Source of the DNA: Lophium mytilinum
Taxonomy: Eukaryota
Assembly: GCA_010093605.1 (NCBI GenBank)
Contig: MU004201.1
Coordinates: 501,106 to 565,105, forward strand
Reading direction: 5' to 3'
Length of the DNA: 64,000 nt
The notes under the pieces were generated by a model, which saw only the letters and a list, made by a program, of their open reading frames with translations, did not search any database and was not told the origin of the DNA. A program made the position numbers and the translations under genes. Below, piece after piece: positions 22,950 through 37,845 of this stretch (the stretch's first letter is position 1; every line of letters starts with the position of its first letter).

Positions 22950-23800
22950 ACTATACTACTAACAAACGCCGGATTTACTCTTCCTCTTCACGTCGTTGAA
23001 ACCGCATCTTTTATTTAGCTTCCGCGACCCTTCTCTAGCTAGGGACGCGATACTTATTCTTCCTCGAGCCTCGGCATTCCGATCCTAATCCCTCTTCCTC
23101 CTTCCTCCAACTTGCCCTTATGTTATGGCAGCCCCTCGGCACCAACCGTTGGCGCAGTCGGCATACGAAGAGAATTACTACAGCGGATCCTTAATGCTCT
23201 TACTGGTCTCCAACGCTGAGCTATTAAACTCCTTCTCGTCCTTTAATAGTGGCGGTGGAATGCGGTGGCGAGCCCCTTCTGCGGCTGGATACGCAATCTT
23301 CACGCGATCTCGGGCCTCTGCATTCTAGTTGCAATCCCCCTTTTCTTTCCCTCATACTTCCCCTTATGTTGCTGTGGCCTCTTAGCACCCACCCAATGTT
23401 GGCGCAACTGACATACAAGGATGATCGCCACAGCTAATCTTCCGAATTCTTAATGGGTGGAGCTCCCGATACCTTATTCCGGTCTTTCTATTTAATAGCT
23501 GAAGAGCGATCATACGTGCTCGTCAGGAGTTTTTCGTCAAAACTGTCCAACGAGTCAAGAAAGTCCTTAACATCTATAGACCCAACGACGTCAGCAAAAG
23601 CATCGGCACTATTACTTTAGTCCAGGAAACCGCTGCTGGTGTAGCTAGGAGGCTGAACGACGTTAAAGCCGCGGCCACCATCGTGCTGGTCAAGGCAACC
23701 ACTGCTGCTGAAGGGGCCAAGAGCCTAAACGGCGTTTAAGTCAATACCGGCCGAGCGCTCTTCCCTCGGCGGCCCAGGTTAAGAGCTCTTTAATATCGAT
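22950..23800 (-). pseudogene. Decayed orphan gene with an internal duplication of about 245-bp period
   Basis: 23064-23190 and 23309-23440 are diverged copies. The minus frame is acidic and low-complexity with RIP-type stops. Confidence 0.3.
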
Positions 23801-24963
23801 TGAATCCACCGCTTGGCTATTACGGGTCTAAATAAACGTAACCCATTAACTTTAATAGCTGATTGCGGGCGGAAACGCTGATTTATTAGAAGATAGCTTA
23901 GATTAAATATAAAGTAGTACTAAAGTAAATACGTAAGCGTATATAGGCGATAGAAAAGAGAGTAATATAACGCTTAGTAGCTACGTAGGACGGAAGCTGT
24001 ATAGATCTACATAAGTTAGCCTTAGAGATATAGAGGAGAAAGCTAGCGGAGGCCTTAGCCCATAATCACCTCCCGTCACGTCACCGTAAGCACCGAGTGC
24101 AGCGTCCCCGTGACCCTATGCTCCCCCGGGCTATAGTCGTCTTAGTCTTGCGATTTTGCAGTAATGCCTTCTAATGTCTTAATCCTATATAGGTTTACGG
24201 CGTTCACGCTGCTAGGATAAAGGCTAGTCCTTAAAGTCTATAAAACAGTCTTTTTCTTAGGGGGAGGAGGCTTTTTTTATACTCTCTAACTTCTTTACAA
24301 CAGTACTAGGTCCTTCTTACTAGCCTTTTAGTGCTTCAGGATTAGGATCCCAGTAATAACTATGAAAGATAAGGATAAGAAAGATAGACGGAGTGTCGGG
24401 AGCTATGCTGCGCAAGCTGCGGGCCTGTATTTATTTTGATTTTTGATGCGAACGTTAAGGGCTCATCCGGCTCCTATACAGCGCACAGTTAACTTTTTAA
24501 GCCGTAGGTGGATAGGCGTGCTGCAGGTGCGGGTGCGCGAGGCCTAAGCAAGTGTAAAACTAATATTCTATAATGTAGAATGTCTGTTCAACAATATACG
24601 TTTTATGAAGGACTTGTGTAAGCCCCCTAATTTCCGCGCCCATGTAGCGTACAGGGGCTTTACCACTAATCTTTTAGCTCACGGGCGGGCTAGCCTGTGC
24701 GCGGTGTGGAAATCATGTAGAGTTTAGAGTAGAACTCCAAAAAACCGCTATACTGCTTAAAAGGTTAGTTTCTATACTTGCAGGTAAAGACAGCCGAGGT
24801 TTACCAGAACTAGTTTTGCTAAAAGCATAGTACTGCGAGGTGTTACTTTAGGAATTCTACCTCTTCTTCAACGTACTTTTATAACTTAGTATCTGTGCTA
24901 ATCCACCGGATGCATCTAGAGGCTACATATTATCTAACAATATACCCCTACTCTTATTTTCTA

Positions 24964-25637
24964 GAATAAGCCTAATTATCACCCCCCTTTTTGCTACGTA
25001 TTACCCCCCTTTTCACTCCATATCACCCCCCCTACATTAGGCTAGCTCCGGCCCGTAAGAATACTGTTCCACCAATCCAACTTACTTGCTTGCCTGCTCG
25101 TGCTTAATAAGGAATTTATATTACTACTGCACTCTCTCTTAATATATCACCAGCCTCACCACCATACTGGATAAGCAGGCACTCCAACAGCTACTTAGGG
25201 CTTAATTTTCTTAGTCCCCAGTAGCTAACTAGGCCCTAAGGATGCCCCTATGTCTACGCCTAAGGAAGAGACTGCCCGTGGTGAAGAAACTAGAAGGTAT
25301 TTAGGTGTAAAGCTATAGTTTATAGGCGTAGTTAACATTCCTTTTAGCCAGCAATTGGACGGCGGCCATCTAGACTTCTTCCGCTGGTAGAGTAGCTATA
25401 ATAGATAGAGTGAATAGAGTCCTGTTAGCGTAGGTAGTGCAGCCTTTCCGTTTTATAATGCATAGGTACTTGCCATTTTACGCAGCCCTAGCTCCGCCTC
25501 GAAAAGGTAAACGAGCGAGTTTAATTAGAGGAACAATATTTATACGGGCCGGAGCTAGGCCTAATTAAGGGGGGGTAATATGGAGTGAAAAGGGGGGTAA
25601 TACGTAGCAAAAAGGGGGGTAATAATTAGGCTTGTCT
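24964..25637. mobile_element. Non-autonomous long-TIR DNA transposon (Mutator/Merlin-type MITE)
   Basis: TIRs over 100 bp containing C-runs/G-runs and CTAGCTCCGGCCCG. Ends GAATAAG…CTTGTCT (RIP of GGACAAG…CTTGTCC). 8-bp TSD ATTTTCTA. Confidence 0.85.
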
Positions 25638-25784
25638 ATTTTCTATACCCTATATTAGATCTAAACTTCTAATATATATAGCTTACTAGCCTATATTAGC
25701 CTGCAAGCTACAAGGTAGTAATAGTTATGTAATACCAATTAGAAGGCTGCCACTTAGCGTTCTTAAGATAGTTGCAGGCCCTGC

Positions 25785-25850
25785 TTTAAAGGTATAGAGT
25801 TGGTGTAAGAATAGATTAATAGATAGATAGATAGATAGATAAATAGAGAA
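25785..25850 (-). repeat. Fragment of the Copia LTR 3' end running into (GATA)n
   Basis: TTTAAAGGTATAGAGTTGGTGTAAGAATAGA matches the LTR termini at 39697, 54539 and the reverse complement of 61559. Confidence 0.55.
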
Positions 25851-26127
25851 AAAGTAATAAATTTATAAGTAGATATATAGGTAGATAAAAGAGCATTAAA
25901 TAATTAAATAGATAAAATATAAAAATATTAAAATATAAGAAACTAAATAGATAGATAAATAGATAAATAGATAAAGAGTAAGTAACTAGTATATAATTAG
26001 AAGTATAGATAGATATATAAATACTAAAAGTTTAGTAGATAGATAGATAATTATAAAAAGTAGTTAGAACCTATCTTATTAAACCTTTATATCTTTACCT
26101 AAAATTATATAGTACTCTATAGTATAT

Positions 26128-29100
26128 TATTATTATTATTAAATTCTATTACGCTAGTGTAGCTCCCGTTAGGGTCCATATAGCTATTCTATCTAGGCTA
26201 ATTTATAAGGGGAAACTGTTTGCTACCGGGCAGCGTTCGGGTGAAAACCTCGTCCTCTATTATATCTGGCGTTAGGCGCCCTTCTCCTTTATATTTTACT
26301 ATAGGGGATATATAGTAGGTCTATAAGAACTGCTATAGAATAAGCCATTAAAATGCGTCTTCCTATATCTATCCGGGAAGGTTCGTCGTCGTCCTTCTAG
26401 GTTTGGGCCGAGTGGAATCCAGATGCGAGGCTAGTATAGAATTAGCGTAAGGGCCCGCGTGCAAGTGGTGCGCTCGCGGGGCCTTTATCTAAGGTAATAA
26501 GGTAAAATAAATAGTAGCCGTGTAGGCTGTTAGAGATGGAAAGGCTGCGCGGCGTGTAGGTAGTATATAGCGGAGGTATATAGAAAGTATATAGTTTATA
26601 GGCAGGCTATAAGAGTAGAAGGGCTGCAAGCGGCTATATAGAGTTTGCAGCCGTAGTGGCACGTATAAGCCTCTGTGGCATGGCTAACAGCTATAGGAGG
26701 GCTAAGAGTGTAGAGTATATAGTTTATAGTCTGCAATTAGGAAGTATACAGCCGCTTATAGCAAGTATAAGCCCTTATAGCATAACTAACTAATAGCGGG
26801 AGGGAGGGAGCCGCGTGTATATACTGTTGTAAAGTAGGTAGGCTGTTTAGAAATAGGAGGGCTGTAAGGGATAGGAAGTATATAGAAAGTATACATTGCA
26901 GGGTATATAGCAGAGACCTAAAGCTAACTATCTATACCAAGTACTAGTTAAGAGGGGGCGCTAAGGCCCGCTGTAGTGTAGTTAGGGGTAATAGTAAGGC
27001 TATAGGTAATAGTAAGGCTATAGGTAATAGTAAGGCTATAGGTAATAGTAAGGCTATAGGTAATGGCAAGGCTATTAGTAATGGCAAGGCTGTTAGTTAT
27101 AGCAAGGCTGTTGGTTATAGCAAGGCTATAGGTAATGGCAGGGCTGTAGTATTAAGCGGGAGGGCTAGGTCTACTCCCTTTCCATCTCTCTCGCCATTAA
27201 GAGGTAGGGTAGCAGGTCTATTTTCTATAGAAACTACCTAGCTACTACCTTAGGTCCCTTTTTACTTTTATATATTTCCTTATACATCCAAGTCTTTACT
27301 TCCTTAAATAGTTCGCCTCTACCCTCTATATGCCTCTTGCAGTTTATTACTACATAGCGTGGCAATTAGAGGCCGTGCCCGCAGGGGCAGGCTAGTGTTA
27401 GGTAGCCTAGCACCCGCATACGGTGCAGGTATCCGTTAAGCCCTATATGCTCTATTTATAGGTTTATAAGAATAGTGCTTTTAACCTTTATAAGCCCTTT
27501 ATATATAGTCTCCTATTATTTACTCTATTTAGTATTAAGGGCCGGCGTTAGTAGCCCGCGCCGTTCTATTTTATAAAAGGACTCCCATGCCTTCTCCCAC
27601 CTTTCTTTATATTTGCATTTAATCGTAAATCGCCTTAAGCGCTCGTAGGCTTTATCTAATTTGTCTTTATACCTAGTGCATAACCTTATAGCCTTTACTG
27701 CAAGGTTACGGAGTATATTACAGCAGCTAGGGCCGTACTTTAGCCTTATAAGTAGCCTATAGTAGGTGTAGATTTCCTGTTATATATTGCTGCATGCTGT
27801 TTTAATATACTAGCGTGCTGGCCCTTTGCGCGTGTAGTCCGCGTAAGCCACTATAAGTTCCTCTAGTTTTAGCTAGAGTAGTAGGCATAACGTTTTATAT
27901 TCTAGTACTGTAGTGCTTATAGTCTTATAGGCCCCTAAGATTCTCCGGAGGCATTAGTTCTGGGTTATTTTAAGCTGCTTAATCTTTGTCTTACTAAGCT
28001 GCTCCGGCATGCCTAGTACAGTGTACTAGGTAGTGCATCCGTATATAATGGCAGGCCGGACCACTACCAAGTATATTAGGTGTGCTTTCCTAAAGCTAGC
28101 GCCCTAGATAGATGCTATAAGCCGCGTAAGTACCCCTATCTAGGTTACAGCTTTATTCTTTATAATGCTAATGTGCGGGCCCTATTTAAGCTTTAAGTCT
28201 ACCTACACTCCTAGTACTCTTAGGTCCATTATAGGGCCCTCCGTGAAGCCTTATATATTAACTGTAGCTCTTAGGTTAACTTCTTTATAGGCTCTTGTAA
28301 AGTGTATTAGGTAATATTTATCTAGTGCGAATACTACGCCGTACTTTCTTGCCTATTCCATGCATCTATTGTAGGCTCTCTTAATGGCCCTGCAGTTTGC
28401 CTCTGTGGTTCTACTATATATAAGGATATTTATATTATCTATAAACCCGTAGGCCGTTATATTGCCGTTCTAAAGGGTTAGCAGTAGTATACTAGCGAAG
28501 AAGAGGAAGAGGATGGGCGATAGGGAGGAGCCCTGCGGAATGCCTGTAGTAACTGCAATTAGTTCTACTATGTAGCTTCCTATAGAGAGCCTAGTTATGC
28601 GGTCTTATAGAAAGGACCTAGTAAACCTTATTATCTACTCCAGTACACTCTAGACCCGTAGGTTGTATATTATTTATTCATGTAAGACTTAATTAAACGC
28701 TCCTAATATATCTAGGCTAAGAAGTAATGCTATAAGCCGTGGGTTTCCTTTCTATACAGTATAAATTTATTCTATAAGGAGTTTAAGTGCTGTCTATATA
28801 GAGCGTTCCGGCCGTGCCCCTATTTAGCTAGGCGGTAGCATACCCTTTTCCTCTACTATCTTAAAGAGCCTCTTAGCTATAATGCGTTTAAATAGCTTAC
28901 CTATTATTTCTAGCAGCGCAATAGGCCTGTAGGCTTTCGCTATTATATAGAACGCTTTCTAGGGTTTACGTAGAACTACCGTAATTAATTCTTTAAACGG
29001 GCGGGGGTAGTGTCCTCTATATAGGTACTTTATAAAGAAGCGGGCGAGTACTAGTGCTAGTTATATCTTGCACTTCTTTAGGAATCTATTTATAATTCCT

Positions 29101-32100
29101 GTAATTCTAGAGGCCTTATCTAGCGCGATTTCTATTAGTGCTAAGAGTATGTCTTCTATAGTAACTTCTATAGAGGTAGTGTATAGTTCTAGGTATTAGA
29201 ACCCTTCTAGGTTAGATAGGTTAGCTTCCACCGGTGGTGGAAAGAACTATTTGGCGAGTATGCATGCTTTTATCTTGTTATCTGCATGCAGGGTAGAGTT
29301 ACCTGGCCAGGAGAGGGGGGGAAATTAAGGAGGGGGCCTCGATTCCTTTCTAACCGTGCGGCCCCATTTAGCTAGTTTCTATGCCCCTTTAGGGTTGTTC
29401 GTTACCTTCTCCACCGTGCGGCGCTATGCCTTAGTGCTCTCTTTCTATATAGCTCTTTTCTTATAGTTATACTAGACCTAGTATAATATCTAGTCCTCTA
29501 TAGAGCGTAACGAGCGCTATATTCTATACGCCCGCCTAGTCTTATATACCTCCTCTAAGTACTTCTTAGTCTAGAATAGTAATGCGTGCTATAAGGGCCG
29601 TGCTATTAGTACTATAGTATTAATAGTAATTTTAATAAGTTAGTAGAGAATGCGTATAAAGTTATCTAGGTCTTCTTCTTCTTTATTGTCCAGGGGGTTA
29701 TTCTAGTTTTCCAGCTTAACTAGCTAGGCTGCAAGGTGCTCCTATACGTCCTTCTATATAATATTCTTCTATAGCCGGCGTAGGGGCTATTTAGTTGCTA
29801 GTAGTAGTGTAATATTAAATTCCGTGTATATAGGGCGGTAGTCTAAGTAATAGTTCTACTCCTCTTAAACTATGCAGGATGTTATATATTTTATTAGCCA
29901 TTTAGATATAAACATAAGGTTAATTATAGTCTACTACGTTCCTCTTACCTATATTTCTATGCCCTCCTCTATAGCTAGGGTTAGGCCTGCTTCCATTATA
30001 ATGCGAATAAGCTCCTTAGCTTACTCTTCTACACTAATTACCTATATTCCTCCCTAGGACGGGTAGTATAGGTTTATATCGCCTATAAGTATATGCTCTG
30101 CCTCCTTATATAGTATAGAGGGCAGCGTGGCTACAATCCTATATAGCTTTAGGTTGTAGATGTTATAAATTTAAATGTCCTCTCCCCCGGCCTGGAGGGA
30201 GAGGGTAATAAGGTCTGGTAAGTAGTACTCTATAGTCTATTAGCCTAGGTTTAGGCACTTATTAATATACGTGTATATTCTAGCTTTTAGGCTTCCTCTA
30301 TATAGTAGGTAGTATAATTTTATACGTAGTAAGGTGTATTTCTAGGTGTTCTTCTATAGTTCTTATATAGCTAGCACCAACGGCTAGGGCTAGGCCGCCT
30401 CTACCTTCTCGAGGAACTCCCTTTAGGTCTCTTGGCTCTTATTAACGTTGTACTATATAATAGTAAGTATATTAGGTTACCCTAACATTAGGTATCTATA
30501 GAGTCTTTAGGGTTATTTATTACGGCCCGGCTAGCCTTAGTATAGAGCTAATAGCTCGCTGCCTCTTCTTCCTAGGTGGACGGCACCTGAGTTACGTTAA
30601 ATTGCAATAGTCCGGCGTTATCACCGTAGGTTGTTGTCTAAGAGTGGTGTAGCATTTTATAGGTAGGCTGCGGGGTTCTATAGAAAGGCTGCGGGCTGTT
30701 ATAGCAAGGCTGCAGGTTGTTATAGTTAGGCTGCTGCGTTAAATAGAAAGTATGCATTAATTAGGTAGTCTATATAGCATAGGCAGACTATAGCACTCTA
30801 TTTATCTTTAGTTATTTTAGGTTCTTATGCGCGGCGAATATAGCGGATATAGGGGGGCGTCCTACTCTCCTTAGAGTGCTGCCGTCTAGTGCGTTGCTGT
30901 TCTTAGTAGCCTTCCTCTTTCTACTTACCGCGTTAAGAGCTTATAATTCTATTATGGATTGGAATATTACTATACCCGGCGTGTTATTAGTGTTATTATT
31001 AGAGCTATTATTAGCCCTATAGTAGGTTAGTGCTGCCCACCTCTTTATATTAGCTTTTAGTTAAGCATTCTTCCTTATAGTGCACGCCGCACTATATAAT
31101 AGGTGGCTTCTCTTACAGTTAGCGCACTTTCTAATGCTCTCCTCTGTGCATTATCTTATATTATGAGCTCCTGCGCACGCCGCGCATACCGCCTCCTTCT
31201 TGCAGTATCTAGCAACGTGCCTATAGCCCTGGCATTAGAAGCATTAGGTAGCTGTAAAGCCTGCCTTATACCTTATAGCCTCTAGCATGTATCCGTCCCA
31301 TGCCAGCCCGCTATCTATAATCTTATTTACCATTGCCTCCGTGCCTATAGTAACTATAGCCGATAAGGCGCGCCGTTTAGGGTTATTTCTAATGGCCTAG
31401 ATCTAATTTAGGTGCTTCCACGTAATCTTATATATAGCTAGGCCTAGGTATAGTGCCTTATTATCTTATATAATACTGCTTTGCAGCGTTGGGTCCTCTA
31501 GGTCCGTCTCTTTAGGTACTCCGTGCACCTCTAGGAGGACCTTAGGTAGTTAGATTTATACTGTTTTGCCTAGGACCTTTATCTATTCCTTCTTCTTTAT
31601 TAGGGCTTTCTTAGCGGTTGCGTCCGGCACGTAGGCCTTCACGTCTCCGCTCTGGAGCTTTCTAACGCCGTAGATCTTTATTATGTTAGGCTCTCCTGCC
31701 GCTTAAAGCTTATAGGTAATAGTTGCGTTTAAGTCCTTATTTATTGCGGCGCGTTCCTTCTTATCCTTAATGTGTATAGTGATTTTATGGGTAGTCTACA
31801 TTACATACTCCCTATTTCCTGCAGTCTTACTATTTCTTCCTGCCGCCGTTACCGCTGTATAGGTTGTTTCTTATACAGACAGCGCCTATACGCCCTTCCG
31901 CGTTTCCTCTATTATTTTTATTATCTTTCTCCATGGCGTTTATTATAGGTCCTCCGCAGTACCTAAGAGGCTAGCTAGTACGCGCCCGGCAAAGTTCTAG
32001 AGGTGCTTAAGGGCGTTGTTCATCTCGGGGTTAGGGGATATAGGCTTATTCTGTAGGGAGTCCTGTATGCTATAGGCTTCTTTAACAAGCGCTTAAACGT

Positions 32101-32364
32101 CGGCGTAGACGTTCTACTTAGTCTTCAGTTAGTAGATTTAGTTTTAGAGTTGTTGTTGGTGTTATTAGTAGTGTTGTTGTTGTTGTTGTTATTAATGATG
32201 CTGCACGATAGGGGTTGCGATGCGTAATTCCACCGCGACGCCGCCAGTACGGCTCGTAGAGCTCTGATACTGCGTGCGAACGTTCGTAGGGCCTTGAGTA
32301 GCCCCTAGGGGCCCTCCTTGGGTCGTATTTCCAAGGTGCTGCGAATTTAATTGCATTGTTTTTC
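26128..32364 (-). mobile_element. Full-length Tad1-like LINE, RIP-inactivated (copy 1)
   Basis: 13-bp TSD CTCTATAGTATAT at 26115-26127 and 32365-32377; (TAA)n tail. ORF1 has Cys/His knuckles. ORF2 has the endonuclease region, RT motif GIPQGSSLSPILFLFF and a C-terminal CPCG zinc finger. TAATG ORF1/ORF2 junction at 30490-30486. Confidence 0.95.
26984..27150. repeat. 18-bp tandem repeat in the LINE 3' UTR
   Basis: About 9 units of GGCTATAGGTAATAGTAA; mirrored at about 52270-52432 in copy 2. Confidence 0.85.
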
Positions 32365-33059
32365 CTCTATAGTATATATAATATATTTTTAAATAAGAAT
32401 TCTTTTCCTTAATATTTATATATCCTTATTCTACTTAATCTTTTAGTTAACTTAATAACTTATAGCTATAATAAGTAAAGCTTTCTTCTATTTATAATTA
32501 TTAGAAGCGAAGATAAGAGTATATATACAGCTATATAGACATTTAAGTTTATTATTTATACTATCTAAGTATAATAACTTTATATAAGCCTATATATAAT
32601 CTATATAGCCTTTCTATATAAACTTATACTTATCTATTATACTAAGTATGCTATTATATTATTACCTATCTACCTATCTAAAAGTATACTAGAACTAATA
32701 ATACTTTAACTTATTATAGGGTTATATTTCTACTATTTCTTGCTAGCCCTTATTATTATAATATCTCTTACTTTAAATTTATTTCTATGTAAGCTAATAT
32801 AAGAAATATAAATACCTAAGATTTACTATTAAAGGCTATTAATAAGGCTAGTATCTTACTCGTAATATAAGGCCCTAATTAAAGTGTAGAAAAGAATATA
32901 TAGTATAGAGAAGTACTATTTATAGTAATACTTTATTTAAAGAAAGTATTTGAATAATAGACTATGTAAGTAGGTTAAAACTTTTAGTGTGCGCTTTTTA
33001 CTAAGTAGTAGATTAATTATTAAAGTATATATGTACATAAATATATCTATATACTAATT

Positions 33060-33480
<421 letters not shown>

Positions 33481-34891
33481 CTATATATCCACCCTTATAT
33501 AGTATTGCAACTGTACTTTTATTACACCTATAGTGAGTAATATAGGGAGAAACCTCTACTAATACATATACCTGGAAGATAATGAAGGTACTTCCAATAT
33601 CTTGACATAGATATATAGATTTTATATAAGTTAGAGATTAGAGAAGTTTAAGATTATTTAAGTAAAGGTATAGATTCTTGCCTTTAAAGACTTGTATTTA
33701 GGTTTAATTAAGGAAACTATATATATAGTAAGAGAAAGAGTATAAGCAATAGCAGAGCAGATAAAATCCGCTCTAAAGCTCTAAGATATAAAGTATTATT
33801 TATCTCTAATCTTTTCATAGCTATAATACACTATAGTACTTTAATCTTGACTAAATCTATAAACAACCCTCTATGATTTATAATACGCTACTGCTATAAA
33901 TTACTTTCTGCAATCTCCTATAAATAGTATATTAACTATTTCTTTTAGTTTACTATTATTAGCTTAGATTATAGGCATGATAAATTTCTTTATAAGCTCT
34001 ATTTATAATAGGAAAGACTTACTAATCTTTATTTACCTCTACAAAATCCTAAAACATCTAAAACTACTTATATCTACATCCTATAATAAATAAGAAGGTG
34101 TAGAAGGAGCTATATAGAGCTATAGGTTAAAAGAAGTTTTATTATATCTTTAGTATTTTTACTTTTTATATATTAAATAGACTAGGAGAATATCTATACT
34201 ATAAATATATGGGTAAGTTACTGCGTAAATAGATAGACTATATAATATATATATATATAAATAGCTATAAAGTAATATTATTCTAGGTAGGTACTTTAGT
34301 CTGCTAAATACGCTTTTTAATTAGCTTTCAGTAGAGTATTTATTAAAAGGTATATTTCCTTCTTTAGCATAACTACTATATATATCCCTACTATAACCTC
34401 TTAAATAATAAAAGCGTAGTAGCCTTATATATAAACCCGATAATACTGTTTAATAGTGAGTAAAACTATAAGCATTTAAAGGTAATATAGGGAAGTTGGA
34501 TAATAGTATAGAAATATTTTATAATATAGTAAAGTATATATAAGTTTATAATCTTATTACTATTGATATAGACTATAGTATAAGTAGAATAGTCCTGTCT
34601 ATCTAGCTATCTATCTACCTTATATAACTCTTTAACCTCTAATACTATTATTTTAGTATAGTATAACAAATAACTAGAAAGAGCTATATAGGAGATTTAA
34701 GTAGTTGTACTAAGAATACTTTTTACATTTACTTTATTTCTCTACAGCTTTAGTTCTCTATAATACAACCTTATAAGTTATAGTACTTTATAATGTTAGT
34801 AAAGTGCTATTACTTAGACTAGCAATACTACTTTACTACAGTTATAGCATAATAACAACTTGCTACTTTTTATTACATGTATTACATTTAT

Positions 34892-34945
34892 TGTAACGTT
34901 AAAGAAATAGAGTCAGTATAAGAATAGATAGATAGACAGATAGAC

Positions 34946-35004
<59 letters not shown>

Positions 35005-35160
35005 ATAAATAATATATTACTTAAGTTCTATTCTATACCAATAGTAATAGAGTTGTATATGTACGCTATTTCTTGCATTATAGAATAATTGTCTAATAAT
35101 TATTATAATGCGTTCAAACGCTTATAGTTTATCTGTAAGAATATAGCGTTTATGCTATAA
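34892..35160 (-). repeat. Diverged solo LTR related to the Copia LTR
   Basis: Shares GAATAGATAG…TTAAGTTCTATTCTA…GAGTTGTATAT…GCGTTCAAACGCTTA blocks with 39697-39956. Confidence 0.6.
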
Positions 35161-36569
35161 AAAAACGTGAATATAGTATATAGCTGCAATTAGCAGCTAT
35201 AAAAGTAGAATATATACTACACTACTAAATACGCAATTAGTAGCAATTAGCAGCCTCTTGCCGCTAAATAGCTAGAATATTTCTCCCTAATTCAGTAATA
35301 TCTAATAATATGTCTAGCTATATTCTTTACTAAACTATCTACTATAGTAACCCTCTTACTCTTTTATATATTATTTTTTATACCTATAATATTATTAGTA
35401 TTAGTACTAGTATCCCCTCTAGCTTATAGTTATTAAAGGTGTATTTCTATTATTATTAATTTCTATTATACTATACTAGCTCCTACTAGGGTTTATATAG
35501 CTGTTCTAGCTAAGCTAGTCTATAAGAAGAAAATGTTTACTGCTGCCTAGTATTTAGATAAAAATTATGTCTTCTATAGTATATAGAGCTAAGCGCTTTC
35601 TTTCTTACTATTTTTTACTATTAGGGACTTATAGTAAGTCTATTAGGCCTGCCTTAAAGGTATATAGTATATATAGTACTAAGGTTATAATAGTTATAGC
35701 TTACTAATATAAGTATACTTAAGTAAGTAATATTAAATATATATTTAAAGAATCTTAAAAGTAATAAAAAAGTAGTTACTAGACTTTTAAATATTTTCAT
35801 TTAAATAAACTTTTAATATAGTAAATAGTCCTTTTACCCTATTAGAAAGCATTATATTAAGTTAATAAGGGAACAATAAATTCTCTACTTAAGTAAAAAA
35901 TAATAAAAGAATTATATATAGAATGCACATAAATATATAAATTAGTAAGTAAATAGATGGATATGTAATAAAAAATTATATAGTATACTTATTTTTATTC
36001 TATTAGGGTTACCTTATTAGTCTTCCTTAGAGGCTATATATATAATAACTATTATACTTATATAGTTAGAGACTATATTTAGCTACTAGGTATATAAACT
36101 AGGTAATAATAGAGAGAGTTATAGCCTAAATAAAAATAAGCCCTTAAAACTAAAGTTATATATAGTTATAGTACAATTTATAGATATACAGGTAAAGTAG
36201 ATAGTAAGAGAGTAAATATAACTTTAGTAGTAACTAGTAAAGGAATATTTATAATCTAGTAGAGAAGTAAAAATAGCAATTTTACTTAGTAGAAGCACTA
36301 TAATATTTCCTTTTAAGACTCTTTTCCTAGTAGAGTAAGCAGTAATAGAAAGTATTTTTAGGGCTATTTCCCCCTAAAATAGTAGCAGCGCTCTATATTA
36401 AAGTATAGTAGCAGTCTATACCTAGTAGAGAACTAGTTACCTTAGCTTATTTAAAAAAAACTTTTTAATTATATAGGTTACTTTCCTTTTTTATAATAAT
36501 AAAGCTATATAAAGCACTATATATACTCTAATAGGTTTAGAAGGACTTATTATAGTAGAATAAACTTGT

Positions 36570-36574
36570 TTTTA

Positions 36575-36637
<63 letters not shown>

Positions 36638-36686
36638 ATATCTATCTATCTATATATCTATATATCTATCTATCTATATATCTATA

Positions 36687-36760
<74 letters not shown>
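36570..36760. repeat. (TATC)n microsatellite
   Basis: Direct reading. Confidence 0.95.
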
Positions 36761-36762
<2 letters not shown>

Positions 36763-37258
36763 GGTATTTACGCCTCTTTCTAATACCTTAAAGTATCTAC
36801 TCAATTTTCTAATATTATATTTAGTTTTAACAGCCCAAATTATATACTAATAGTAATTAAGTATAGTACATAATATAACCTTTCCTTTAGCTTAGCTCTA
36901 AAAATAGGCATACTAGCTAAATAAGATTTTATTAAGGGCAAGTACTTTACAAAGATATTTTATTAAATTCTACTTCCCCTAGATATACTCTACCTTACTA
37001 TCTAGTAGATTATACTTCTATTAATATCCCTTATATATTATTCTATAATATCCCTTATAGACTATCCTATATCTTACTAAGAGTTAACTACTCTACTATA
37101 ATCTAGAAATATACTATTTATTTATTAAAAACATTAGTAAGTAAACTCTATATTACTTAATTACTTTATAGATATTAGTAGCTATAGTATCTATAAAGTT
37201 CTATATAAAGGAAAAAGGGTATATACTAAAGTAGTAAGGCAATAAGATAGAAGTTTAA

Positions 37259-37845
37259 GGATAAGTTTAATTACTACCCCCCCTTTCTCTCTATAGCACC
37301 CCCTATATTAAGCCTAGCTCCGGCCCGGATAAATATTATTCTACTAATTAGACTTACTTACTTGCCTCTATATAAGCTATCTAGGCTAATAAGAGTCTAT
37401 TTACTCTAGCAACTAGCGGACTACTCTACCGGCGGAAAGCGCCTAGATAGCTACTGTCTAACTACTAACTAGAATAGAACGCTAAATATACCTGTATTAC
37501 TAAAGCCTTACCCTAAATATTATTCTACTATACTAGTTCTATTAGGCGTTATCCTTTATACTTAGCCTGGACGTTAACAGACTTAATACTATCCTCTACG
37601 TATGCATGGCGGCTCTAAGGGGGCCAAAGGAGTATAGTATTAAGGGGGGGATGTAGAAGAAGTAGTGTTAATATATTAAGAGAGAGTGCGCTGTAGTAAA
37701 TTCCTTATTATAAGCAGGTAAGTAAGTAAGTTTAGTTAGTAGCAGTATTTATACGGGCTGGAGCTAGCCTAATATAGGGGGGGTAGTAGGAAAAGAAAAG
37801 AGGGGTGCTATAGAGAGAAAGAAGGGGTAGTAATTAAGCTTATCT
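37259..37845. mobile_element. Second long-TIR MITE of the 24964-25637 family, opposite orientation
   Basis: Ends GGATAAG…CTTATCT, same CTAGCTCCGGCCCG motif. 8-bp TSD AAGTTTAA/AAGCTTAA with one C/T difference. Confidence 0.85.
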
